Shown piece after piece: positions 24,701 through 36,400 of a DNA stretch of 64,000 nt (within the stretch, counting starts at the first letter, position 1; every line of letters begins with the position of its first letter). The translations under genes and the position numbers were made by a program. Source of the stretch: Convolutriloba macropyga (taxonomy: Eukaryota); contig NC_134471.1 in the NCBI RefSeq assembly GCF_964194025.1, forward strand, positions 13,702,001 through 13,766,000, read 5' to 3'. Below the pieces are notes generated by a model that did no database searches, was not told where the DNA came from, and was given only the letters and a program-made list of their open reading frames with translations.

Positions 24701-27637
24701 CGGACTTTGTCTGGTTTCTGTTTGTTGATCACTGGGTGATGGGGAAGGCACCAGACAGAGTGTCTGCAGCTGGCGTCGGCAGTTGTGATGTATTTTTCAT
24801 CCAAATCTTTTTTGATCATTTCATCGTAGCGTTCTCTCAAATTTGTGTCCCGCTCCAGTCTCTGCTGCAGAGCATTCCACTGAACTTTGGCCATGAAGTA
24901 GTTGTTAGGAAGTTTGATGTCTTTTTTCCATGGAGGTCCAATCTGATATCTGTCGCCAATGTGTTTTATGGTATCATTGAGGATGAACAGAGCTTCTTTG
25001 TCATCTGAAGACTGTCCCTTTGAAGAGCACTGATTGAAGTTCACTCCTTCAATTGTCCAGAAGTGTTGGAGAAGATCTTCATCTGGATCGTCTTGTCGTC
25101 TCCTGATATGATTGAAAAGTGTTTTGCTTGTGCTGTTTGACTGTCCGACCCTCATCTGTGTGTACCTCTGAGGAATGGGCCCTGTCAGTCTCCAGCCAAG
25201 CAGAGTGTTGACTCCGTATGAGGTGCCAGTGGGTCCTGTTGTGAACTGTCTGGGAACCGTTGCTGTTAATGCATCTGCTCCAATCAGAATTTTGATCCGG
25301 TTGTCTCTGATTGCTGGAAATCTTATGTTCTGGAGGTGAGAATGGTCTCTGCAGATCTCATTCGACATTTCAATTTGAACTTTTGGCATTCGAAACTCCA
25401 CCATTGCTGTTGCGTACACAGGGATTCTGATCAGGGGACAACTGCTGCACAAATCTCCTATGCCGATCATGACATCTGCTGTTTTAACTGAGTGTTCACC
25501 GTGAAGTGAAGCTAGTGGTAGAGTTATGTCTTTCGGTTGCTGACATTGAAGTGTATCAGCAACTTTCTGTGTCGTTTGAGTGTTGTCACTGCCACTGTCT
25601 AACAAGGCGTAGGTTTAAATGCAAAGATCTCTGTTGAAAAGTGTTACTGGTATCGCCTGCAATTGTATCTGCGGTCTGGTTCATGAAGTTTCCTGTTGAT
25701 TGCTGCAAGTTTAGTTTTGTTGCGGAGTGGTTGCCTGCTGTTGGGCTACAGTGCGTTGATTGTTACTCTGCTGTCTGCTGACGTTCTTCTGCGCAAACCG
25801 CTTTTGTTCCAGTTGCCCCTCTGTGAAGTGCTGCTATTAGATCCACTTTTCCTGTTCTGGTTTCCATTCTGTTGGTTGTAGTTTGAACTCGTCTGCTGCT
25901 TTTGGTTTTCATTATTATAGTTACGTCCATAGCTTGACTGGTTTTGGTTTGTTTGGTTTCTGAAGACATTGTTTTGTGAGTTTTGATTCCCGTTCCAATT
26001 TGGTTGTGCATTTTGTTGCTGTTGACTTGCATCTGTCATATGGAGCGTTGAGTGATGGAAGCCATCGCGTCTGTCCACAAGGCACCTTGTTTTCGATTGG
26101 CAGAGAATTTTTTCCTGAGCTCTTAGACAATTAGGGCAGAGATTGAACCTCCTCACACAACCCTGTCGGAGATACACTGACTTTTCCAAGTATTCGGGAC
26201 AACGACCAGGGTTGTGGTTTTGTGAGCAGAGCTGACATAAAACATCTGAAGGCCACCTTCTAGAAATTGTGTTCACTCTGGTTCTCTGGTTCCGTTGTGG
26301 GGAGATATCTTCGCACGCCTCTGCGTATGAGTCAATCCATTCAGCAAAGTGGGTAAGAATAGGTTGCAGCAAGCCGTGGCTTCTTGTGTGTTGATTCCAT
26401 CTGATTATCATTATAGGGTTCAATTTGTCTCTGGCCATTCTCAAGACAGCTTTTGCTCTCTGTTTGCATTTCAGCATGGTTATGTTTCTTTCGGCAGATT
26501 CATTAGCAAATGTTATCAACTCTTCACTTGACAGCTGTAGCTTCATGAGTTCATTGCAACTTCTGTCTAACTGCTCTTTTTGAGACCTCAAGAGTTCCAA
26601 AGTTTCACGTAGTATGCTTAGAACTTCGTTACTATTGCTTTGTTCTTCGAAGAGGTCTTTTACTGCGTTCCACTCTATCACTTTCAACTGAAGATGTTGC
26701 TTTAGGCTGTTCTTTGCTGCTGATGATGCTTTGGACTTGTTTGGAATATTGACTGTTTTAGAAGTTTTTTCTTATTTTACAAAGTTTATACTGCACTGTT
26801 ACTGCACTATGTTTCCTTATAACAGCCCTATTCTTTCTTTTGTTTTGTTAAAACCTATACTTTAAATGAGGCTGTTGCTTACTGTGCTTAGCTAATAATT
26901 TTCGCTTAATGTTTGTTTGCTATGTTTTGGCTTGTCGCAATCACTAATCAGTGAAATTTGATGAAGCTTCATTAATAAGTTGTATAGAGTTAAACCTTTT
27001 CACTAATCAGTGAAAATCTTACAAACGTAGACAATTATAATTTTTTGTCCGGTTGCCTATTTGTTTTTCGAGCGCGACAGAAAGAACCCTAACCTGTGGT
27101 GGCTAACTTTCGACTAATGTGTGTTTCTACTGACACTGGTGGGGGGACAACTTCACGTTCCTATAAACCTTAATGTAGCAAGGGCATACCAGGCCTTGTA
27201 ACTAATCCTAAATCAATGTGTGTGTTAGTGATGCTTTTAAATTTCACCTAGAGGAGGACCTACTCCTTTCAGAACTAATGCCGAAAGATACTATATTGAT
27301 CCAACGATAACTAGACGCCCATTAAAATCCAGCTTTCGAAATGAAAATTTTCAATTCTGCAAGTAAGGCTAGCCCATCTGTCGTGACTAGGCATCCCACG
27401 CAAGCATCCTTCTCAGGAGAACTCTCAAATCTGTATTCACTTCTTGAGCCAGACTAAAAATATGTTGGATTTTTTGTGATTGTGATGTTTTTGATTAAAA
27501 CTTGTGAAGTTATCAAACCAGAGTTTAAATGTGCTATGTGTCAAATGCCTAAGTTCCCCCTATAAATTCAAAAATTCCCCAGTCTGAGTCGAGCAAATTT
27601 TGAGACGTACTTTTTTGACCCTAGGATACGCCAGAAA

Positions 27638-27980
27638 TGTTTATACTCATCGGCCTAAGTCTTGCATACCAAGACAACTTTTCATTAATATTTGTATTTC
27701 TGAAATTCACAACCATGGTAGCAAGTCAAGTTTTATAAATACATCATAACTCGCGCCATTGGCACACAAGTTGTGCTTAAAAACGGGAAACCCCTTACTA
27801 TAAATAATATTGAAAGTGAATGTCAACCACTTCTGACTTCTTCAATAAAATCAACTTAAACAAATAGCTTCAATGGAAATAGGTTGGGTTGGGGGAATGG
27901 AAATCAGGAAATGAATGGGTTTTGGAGGACGAAAGTGTAGGTGGGGGGAGGAAAATATAAAGGAACTTGGTTCCTTTACA
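27638..27980 (-). repeat. 5' LTR of left Bel/Pao copy
   Basis: TGTAAAGG...ATAAACA, followed on the element strand by TTTCTGGCGTATCC. Confidence 0.92.
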
Positions 27981-28095
27981 TCAGCGCTTCTCCGGAGCTG
28001 TTTTCTGGTTCAATCATAAAAATATTTTACTAGACCAGACTGTGCCAAACGATGCGTAATCTTTCAATCGTTATTTTAAAAGGAGAATTCTCGAT

Positions 28096-29210
28096 AGTAG
28101 TAGTAGTAGGAAAAAGTGCTATTCCGCCACTTCCTAATCGGAAGATGACTAAATACCACCTTTTGCCCACTACTCTATATATCTACTACTTGCTTATACC
28201 CCTAATTTATTCACTACTATATATTATCTTGTTTTATCCACTACTACAAGTTACCTTTATATTCACTCAAAATCTATCATTTCTTGTCTCACTCAGTGCA
28301 AACCACTAGTTTCGAGTTAAGCTGGTAACTAACTGTTGTCAGACAGATAGTTCGGGTTCTATCGGTGAAACTGCTTCGCAGATCCCTACTGACTCCAGTG
28401 GACGTATGCCAGATACTAGTATAAAACTAGTGAGACCGTGTAAAAAGCACGTAAAACTAACTTGCGAAAGTTGATGTAACCACTTCGTGGATAACCTGAA
28501 TAAAGAAACCAGCTTAACTCTATAATTTTTAAACTTTTTATAATATTTTGCGAATCACTCTTTAAGAGCGATTCACTCTTATTCGGGTTGATCCCCCAGT
28601 AGAAAGATCGCTCTTTTTCGCTCTTGAAGAGTGATTCCCTCTTTTCTGATATTTATTTTATTTATTTAAACTTTTTTTTCAAATTATCACCACTCTTCAA
28701 TAAGTTTATATTTTCTTTTACTTTTTCTATATTTAACCCATTATTAATAAGAAATGATACAAAATTATAATATTTACACGAACAACTTTCCTCAATTTGG
28801 CTATTAACTGAAGGACTCACAGTCTTGCTTTGTCAACTAGTATTAATTGTTTTCTGACTCAAATCAGTGTAAGGATCTTCGGTCTTGGTTCCCCAACTGC
28901 TTGGCTTGCCACGGACGTCGTCCATTCGCAGATTTCTACTAAATACTAAATCCTCTAGTTAATTCTACATCTGGATGTTGTTTCTTTACATGAGCCCGTA
29001 TTTCATAATATCTCACAACAGAAGTACAATATGGACAATTAACTTTAGCTGAAGTACAACTTCTACAAGTATCCTTACTCTCATCAAAATCAGTTACTGG
29101 TTTTACATAATTACATTTATTACAACTTCTAATAAAGACTTCTGGGTTAAGATTAGGGTTAGGGTTAGGCTTAAGTTTAAGGTTAGGGTTAAGGTTAGGG
29201 TTAGGGTTAG
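28096..29210 (+). mobile_element. Polinton terminus (terminal repeat region and adjacent zinc-finger ORF), left arm
   Basis: Begins AGTAGTAGTAGTAG, the typical Polinton 5' end; shares the 23-bp hairpin motif with the internal Polinton genes. Confidence 0.8.
28650..29210 (-). pseudogene. Zinc-finger protein with N-terminal (Asn-Pro)n tract, left copy
   Basis: NPNPNLNP..RSCNKC..TCRSC..NCPYC..HVKKQH; true N-terminus lost at the fold-back. Confidence 0.6.
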
Positions 29211-29305
29211 CCCTTAACCCAACCCTAACCTTAACCCTAACCCTAACCCTAACCTTAACCATAACCCTAACCTTAACCTTAAGCCTAACCCTAACCCTAA
29301 TCTTA
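29146..29305. repeat. Head-to-head telomere-like tract (TTAGGG)n then (CCCTAA)n
   Basis: About 11 degenerate TTAGGG/TTAAGG units up to 29210, then about 15 CCCTAA/CCTTAA units. Confidence 0.9.
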
Positions 29306-30346
29306 AACCAGAAGTCTTTATTAGAAGTTGTAATAAATGTAATTATGTAAAACCACTAACTGATTTTGATGAGAATAGGTATACATGTAGACGTTGTACT
29401 TCAGCTAAAGTTAATTGTCCATATTGTACTTCTGTTGTGAGATATTATGGAATACGGGCTCATGTAAAGAAACAACATCCAGATGTATAAATAACTAGAG
29501 GATTTAGTAGAAATCTGCGAACGGACGAAATTCGTGCAAAGCCAAGCAGTTGGGGAACCAAGACCAAATGTCCTTACACTGATTTGAGTCAGAAAACAAT
29601 TAATACTAGTTGACAAAGCAAGACTGTAAGTCCTTTAGTTATTAGCCAAACTGAGGAAAGTTGTTCGTGTAAATATTATAATTTTGTATCATTTCCTATT
29701 AATAATGGTTTAAATATAGAAAAAGTAAAAGAAAATATAAATTTATTGAAGAGTAGAGATAATTTGAAATAAAAGTATAAAAAAATAAAACAAATATCAG
29801 AAGAGAGGGAATCACTCTTCAAGAGCGAAAGAGAGCAATCTTTCTACTGGGGGATCAGCCCGAATAAGAGTGAATCGCTCTTAAAGAGTGATTCGCAAAA
29901 TATTAGAAAAAATTTAAAAATTATAGAGTTAAGCTGGTTTTTTTTTCAGGTTATCCACGAAGTGGTTACATCAACTTTCGCAAGTTGGTTTTACGTGATT
30001 GTTACACGGTCTCACTAGTTTTATACTAGTATCTGGGATACGTCCACTGGAGTCAGTAGGGATCTGCGAAGCAGTTTCACTGATAGAACCCGAACTATCT
30101 GTCTGACAACAGTTAGTTACCAGCTTAACTCGAAACTAGTGGTTTGCACTAAGTGAATCAAGAATTGATAGATTTTGAGTGAATATAAAGGTAATTTGTA
30201 GTAGTGGATAAAACAAGCTAATATATAGTAGTGAATAAATTAGGGGTATAAGCAAGTAGTAGATATATAGAGTAGTGGGCAAAAGGTGGTATTTAGTCAT
30301 CTTCCGATTAGGAAGTGGCGGAATAGCACTTTTTCCAACTACTACT
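29211..30346 (-). mobile_element. Polinton terminus, right arm (mirror)
   Basis: Ends ..CCAACTACTACT at 30346; reverse complement of 28096-29210. Confidence 0.8.
29221..29772 (+). pseudogene. Zinc-finger protein with (Asn-Pro)n tract, right copy
   Basis: Same reading as the left copy, with in-frame stops. Confidence 0.55.
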
Positions 30347-30461
30347 ATTGAAAATTCTCCTTTTAAGATAAAGATTGAAAGATTACGCCTCGTTTCGCAC
30401 AGTCTGGTCTAGTAAAATATTTTTATGTTTGAACCAGAAAACAGCTCCGGAGAAGCGCTGA

Positions 30462-33400
30462 TGTAAAGGAACCAAGTTCCTTTATATTTTCCTCCCCCCA
30501 CCTACACTTTCGTCCTCCAAAACCCATTCATTTCTCGGTTTCCATTCCCCCAACCCAACCTATTTCCATTGAAGCTATTTATTTAGGTTGATTTTATTGA
30601 AGAAGTCAGAAGTGGCTGACATTCACTTTCAATATTATTTATAGTAAGGGATTTCCCGTTTTTGTTGTCCCCCACCTGAAGTTGTCCCCCCACCAGTGTC
30701 AGTAGACACACACATTAGTCGAAAGTTAGCCACCACAGGTTAGGATTCTTTCTGTCGCGCTCGAAAAACAAATAGGCAACCGGACAAAAAATTATAATTG
30801 TCTACGTTTGTAAGATTTTCACTGATTAGTGAAAAGGTTTAACTCTATACAACTTATTAATGAAGCTTCATCAAATTTCACTGATTAGTGATTGCGACAA
30901 GCCAAAACATAGCAAACAAACATTAAGCGAAAATTATTAGCTAAGCACAGTAAGCAACAGCCTCATTTAAAGTATAGGTTTTAACAAAACAAAAGAAAGA
31001 ATAGGGCTGTTACAAGGAAACATAGTGCAGTAACAGTGCAGTATAAACTTTGTAAAATAAGAAAAAACTTCTAAAGCAGTCAATATTCCAAACAAGTCCA
31101 AAGCATCATCAGCAGCAAAGAACAGCCTAAAGCAACATCTTCAGTTGAAAGTGATAGAGTGGAACGCAGTAAAAGACCTCTTCGAAGAACAAAGCAATAG
31201 TAACGAAGTTCTAAGCATACTACGTGAAACTTTGGAAATCTTGAGGTCTCAAAAAGAGCAGTTAGACAGAAGTTGCAATGAACTCATGAAGCTACAGCTG
31301 TCAAGTGAAGAGTTGACAACACTTGCTAATGAATCTGCTGAAAGAAACACAACCATGCTGAAATGCAAACAGAGAGCAAAAGCACACAGAACAGATGCAA
31401 GTGACACTGAATCGGCTTTTAATACATCAGCAGCGCCTTCCCCTAATCTATTGAGAAAACAGTACCCTTTACGCAATAGAGCAATGAAACATCATTTTGC
31501 AAGCCGCAACAATCAGGAAAGTAACAACGCTGACTCGTCCGACTCGGAAGACCCCGATAATTCTCAACCCGTTCTGAACATTGAAGAGAGAGGAAGAAAC
31601 CGGGAATTTCTCACAGGGGCACTGAGAACAGATAAACGAATGAGAGAAGAGAACAATGTTCAAGGGCAGAGCCGACATGAGGGTGAGGACAGCAGAGCAG
31701 GGCATTTGCAACAAAAATGTTCTTTTCACAACAATAACCAGGCTGCTCCGACCATGAGCCATAGGTACACACCGTTAACCAATCAATCAACTACCAGTGA
31801 ACAATTTCAGCTGACCTGATGGACACAATAACAACGGCTATAACAACAACTTATACAATGGCTTTCCGAGTTTCCCACCAGACTGGATGCAACACCAAGC
31901 ACTGATGATACAGAACACATCGAGTTTGTCTAAGATTTCAATTGACAATTTCACTGGTGATCCTCTGAGATGGCATCAGTGGTTCAGTTTCTTCAAACCA
32001 ACCATTCACAACAACATTGGCCTCTCAGACGTCCAAAAAACGACATACCTCCAAAACTCAGTAACTCACAAAGCAAGAGAGTCCATAAGTGGATACTCCT
32101 ACAATGGGGATTACTACCACAAAGCCATCGGTGAATTGACCAGAAAGTTTGGCAAACTACAGCATATTGTCGCTGCATACATGGATCAATTGGAGAAGTG
32201 GCCAAAACCCAGATTAGACGAACCAAACGCTTTTGTGAGCTTCTCATCTTTCTTGAGGAGACTTTTACAAACCTTCCGACTCCACAACTTTGAAGCTGAT
32301 CTGAAGTCTTCAGCTGTCTTGAGAATGGCCAGAGACAAATTGAACCCTAAAATGATAATCAGATGGAATCAACACACAAGAAGCCACGGCTTGCTGCAAC
32401 CTATTCTTACCCACTTTGCTGAATGGATTGACTCATACGCAGAGGCGTGCAAACATATCTCCCCACAACAGAACCAGAGAACCAGAGTGAACACGTTTTC
32501 TAGAAGGGGGCCCTCAGATGTTTCATGTCAGCTCTGCTCACAAAACCACAACCCTGGTCGTTGTCCCGAATACTTGGAAAAGTCAGTGTATGACCGACAG
32601 GGTTGTGTGAGGAGGTTCAATCTCTGCCCTAACTGTCTAAGAGCTCACGAAAAAATTCTCTGCCAATCGAAAACAAGGTGCCTTGTGGACAGACGCAATG
32701 GCTTCCATCACTCAATGCTCCATAGGACAGATGCAAGGCAACAGCAACAAAATGCACAACCAATCTGGAACGGGAATCAAAACTCACAAAACAATGTCTT
32801 CAGAAACCAAACAAACCAAAACCAGTCAAGCTATGGACGTAACTTTAATAATGAAAACCAAAGGCAGCAGACGAGTTCAAACTACAACCAACAGAATGAA
32901 AACCAGAACAGGCAAAGTGGATCTAATAGCAGCACTCCACAGAGGGGCAACTGGAACAAAAGCGGTTTTCACCCTCAGCCTATGAACGCGCAGAACAACG
33001 TCAGCAGACAGCAGACGATACCAGTAACACTTTTCAACAGAGTTCTTTGCATTTAAACCTACGCCTTGTTAGACAGTGGCAGTGACAACACTCAAATGAC
33101 ACAGAAAGTTGCTGATACACTTCAATGTCAGCAACCGAAAGACATAACTCTACCACTAGCTTCACTTCACGGTGAACACTCAGTTAAAACAGCAGATGTC
33201 AAGATCGGCATAGGAGATTTGTGCAGCAGTTGTCCCGTGATCAGAATCCCTGCGTACGCAACAGCAATGGTGGAGTTTCGAGTGCCAAGAGTTCAAATTG
33301 AAAGTTGAATGAGATCTGCAGAGACCATTCTCACCTCCAGAACAAAAGATTTCCAGCAATCAGAGACAACCGGATCAAAATTCTGATTGGAGCAGATGCA

Positions 33401-36400
33401 TTAGAGAACGCTACGATGAAACCATCAAAAAAGATTTGGATGAAAACTACATCACAACTGCCGACGCCAATTGCAGACACTCTGTCTGGTACCTTCCCCA
33501 TCACCCAGTGATCAACAAACAGAAACCAGACAAAATCCGCAGAGTCACAAATGCTGCTTCCAAATATAAAGGTACCTCACTCAATGATGCACTGCTGACA
33601 GGGCCTGATCTACTCTGCAACCTGCATGGCCTTCTTCTCCGCTTCAGACAGTACTCAGTGGCAATCACAGCTGACATCGAGGCAATGTTCATGCAGATTG
33701 GCATCCAACCACAAAACTAGGACTATCTCCGTTTTTTGTAGACACAGAATGGCAATGAAAAGGTCTTCAAATGCAATCGACTCAATTTCGGAGCCTCATG
33801 ATCACCTTTTTGTGCGATTTTTGTTCTGCAAAAGTGTGCAAATGACCACAAACAAGAAGATCCAGAGGCCTGCACATCAATCATGCAGCAGTTCTACATG
33901 GATGATTTCATGCAGACTTAACCTTCTGAGGAGGAGGCCCGCAGAAGTGCAGATGAGATCAAAACTGTTTTGCATACAGGAGGATTCAATCTGACAAAGT
34001 TCCTGAGCAACAGACGAGCCGCATTAGATAACCTTCTGGAAGACGACAAGGCGGAGATGAAAGCTCAAAGAATCCTTGGTCAGGCGTGGGACCCCAAAAA
34101 TGACAAGTTGATGTTTGCAAAACCGAAGCTTCTCTACACAGGACAACAGATGACTCAAAGAAATGTGCTATCAATGGCAGCTTCTCTGTTCGATCCAGGC
34201 GGAATGATTTCACCATTTGCCATCAGAATTAGATGCATTCTGCAAAGAATCATTAAAAAGGGAAGAAATTGGGATCAACCTGTGTCGGAATGCTACCAAC
34301 AGGAACTACAGGAGTAGATGGATGGTTTCGACAGCATGACTTCAATCAAAATTTCTAGATGTTTGATTCCCAGCATCAATGGAACCTATCAACTACGCAC
34401 GTTCACTGACGGCTCAATGAGTGCAATTGCTGCCATAGTTTATGTGAGGACAACCAAAGCCGATGGATCTTCCACATCACGATATGTGATCAGTAAAACA
34501 AAAGTGGCGCCAATCAAGCAGCTGAGCATTCCAAAACTGGAATTGGAAGCGGCAACACTTGGAGCAGAGCTAGCTGGATTCTGTGAGAGCGAGATGACAA
34601 CAACCATAAGTTCAAAACACTTTTGGACAGACAGCACCGCAACACTTGGATGAATTCAATCAAAGCAGAAACAGAAGATGTATATTGCTAACAGATGGAC
34701 CAAAATTCACGAGAATTCCAACCCGGACAATTGGAGACACATCCCTAGAAAGATGAATCCCGCTGACCACGGCACACGAGGCCTCAACCCATCAGACATA
34801 CCAAAGCTGTGGCTTCAACCACCGGACTTTCTGAGCACACCTCAAGACTCCTGGGTTTTTGCCGAAAACAGTAATCCCCACATATGCGCTACACAAGCGA
34901 CACAACTTCAGACGCCAGTCATTGAGGTTGAAAAATTTTCAACATGGATTCGACTACTCAACTCTACTAGAATGGTGTTCCAGGCAATAACACGCTTCAA
35001 GAAAAAGTCCGAATTAGAAGACAAAACAAATCACCTGAGAACTCAAACAATGACATTCTTGCATCAGATGAGAAAAGGGCAAGGAACTACCTCATCAAAA
35101 TGTCCCCAAACGAGTTGTTGTCAGGAACAATTTCTGCACTGTTGAAGGGAGACAATCTTGAGAAAGGAGACAAGCTGATGCCCTTCACACCTTTTCTAGA
35201 TGACGACGGACTCTTGAGGGCAGGAGGAAGACTCAACAAGGCACCTCTAACCTACAGTGTGAAACATCCTCTTGTTCTCCATAGCAGGAGCAAAATTGCA
35301 TGACTGTTGATTGAAAAGGCGCACCATGACTGTGTCCATCAGGGCGTGGAACATGTGAAGGCTCACCTGCAAAAATTTTTCATGATGATTGGATTGAGAA
35401 AAGTGCTGCAAAGTCTGGGGAAGTACTGTTTCATTTGCAGACGATGGAGGGCAGACATTGTGAGACCGAAGATGGCCGATCTTCTTGAATTCAGATTTCC
35501 AGATGCAAACAAGCAGTACCCCTTCGTCAACACAAGAATGGACATGTTTGGACCAATCTAGATTGAGGACAAGAGAGAGAGGGCACCCAGATGCACTACG
35601 TCTGCTTGTTCACATGCCTGTACAACAGAGCTGTCCACCTAGAAGTATGCCATGACCTCTCAACCGATTGTCTTCTCATGACCATCCGCAGATTTGTATC
35701 GCGACGTGGATACCCTGACCTGATTGTGAGTGACAAAAGCAAAAACTTCATTCGAGCCAACCAAGCAATGAGGTTTAATTTCCAGAGAAGCTACAAGCCA
35801 GACAACGAGTACATCAGACTGCAATTGGCTCAACAGAACATTCAGTGGACTTTCAACCCTCCATTGGCACCAAACTTTGGAGGAGTCTGGGAGAGGCTGA
35901 CACAGACTGCGAAGGGGAGTCTACTAACAGTGCTGGGCAGTCTGAAACTAACACTCTCAGTTTTCCAGACATTTGTGGCAGAGGCCGAGGCAATTTTGAA
36001 CTCCAGACCATTAACTCATGTGGGCTGCAGCATCTCAGATGAGGGACCACTTACTTCGAATCACTTCCGCCTTCGCAGACCTCAAATGTGTTTGAAACCT
36101 CTTGCGAACAGCAACCAGCGGTTCTCCACTAAGGATTTCAAGTTGACGCAGACACTACTTGATCACCACTTGAACAGGTTGATGAAGGAATATATTCCCA
36201 AGCTCAACAAGAGAACGAAGTGGCAAAGGTCAAATGATGAGCTGGATGAGGGTGACATTGTTTGGAAGCTCAAGGACTTCACACCCAGAGGCATCTGGCC
36301 TCTCAGGAAGATTGTGAAAGCACACAGAAGTTCAGGCGGAATAGCCAGGAGCTTCGACATCCAGACTTCTACAGGAATGGTACAGAGACCAGCAGTAACC

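Larger units (their letters stand above)
21317..27980 (-). mobile_element. Bel/Pao LTR retrotransposon, left (mirror) copy
   Basis: TG..CA LTRs at 27638-27980 and 21317-21653; 5-bp TSD (TCAGC at 21312-21316 and 27981-27985); TGG PBS-like site after the 5' LTR; gag zinc knuckles, LDSGS protease, RT ADIEA..YMDD, RNase H FTDAS/LELEAA/WTDS, integrase SDNGKNF/GVWER; about 0.9-kb gag deletion. Confidence 0.95.

Noticed and set aside
28096-30346. A 2.25-kb non-autonomous Polinton with two TIRs
   Set aside because: Both ends are flanked by the same host sequence in inverted orientation and there is no direct 6-bp TSD; it is one terminus mirrored by fold-back.
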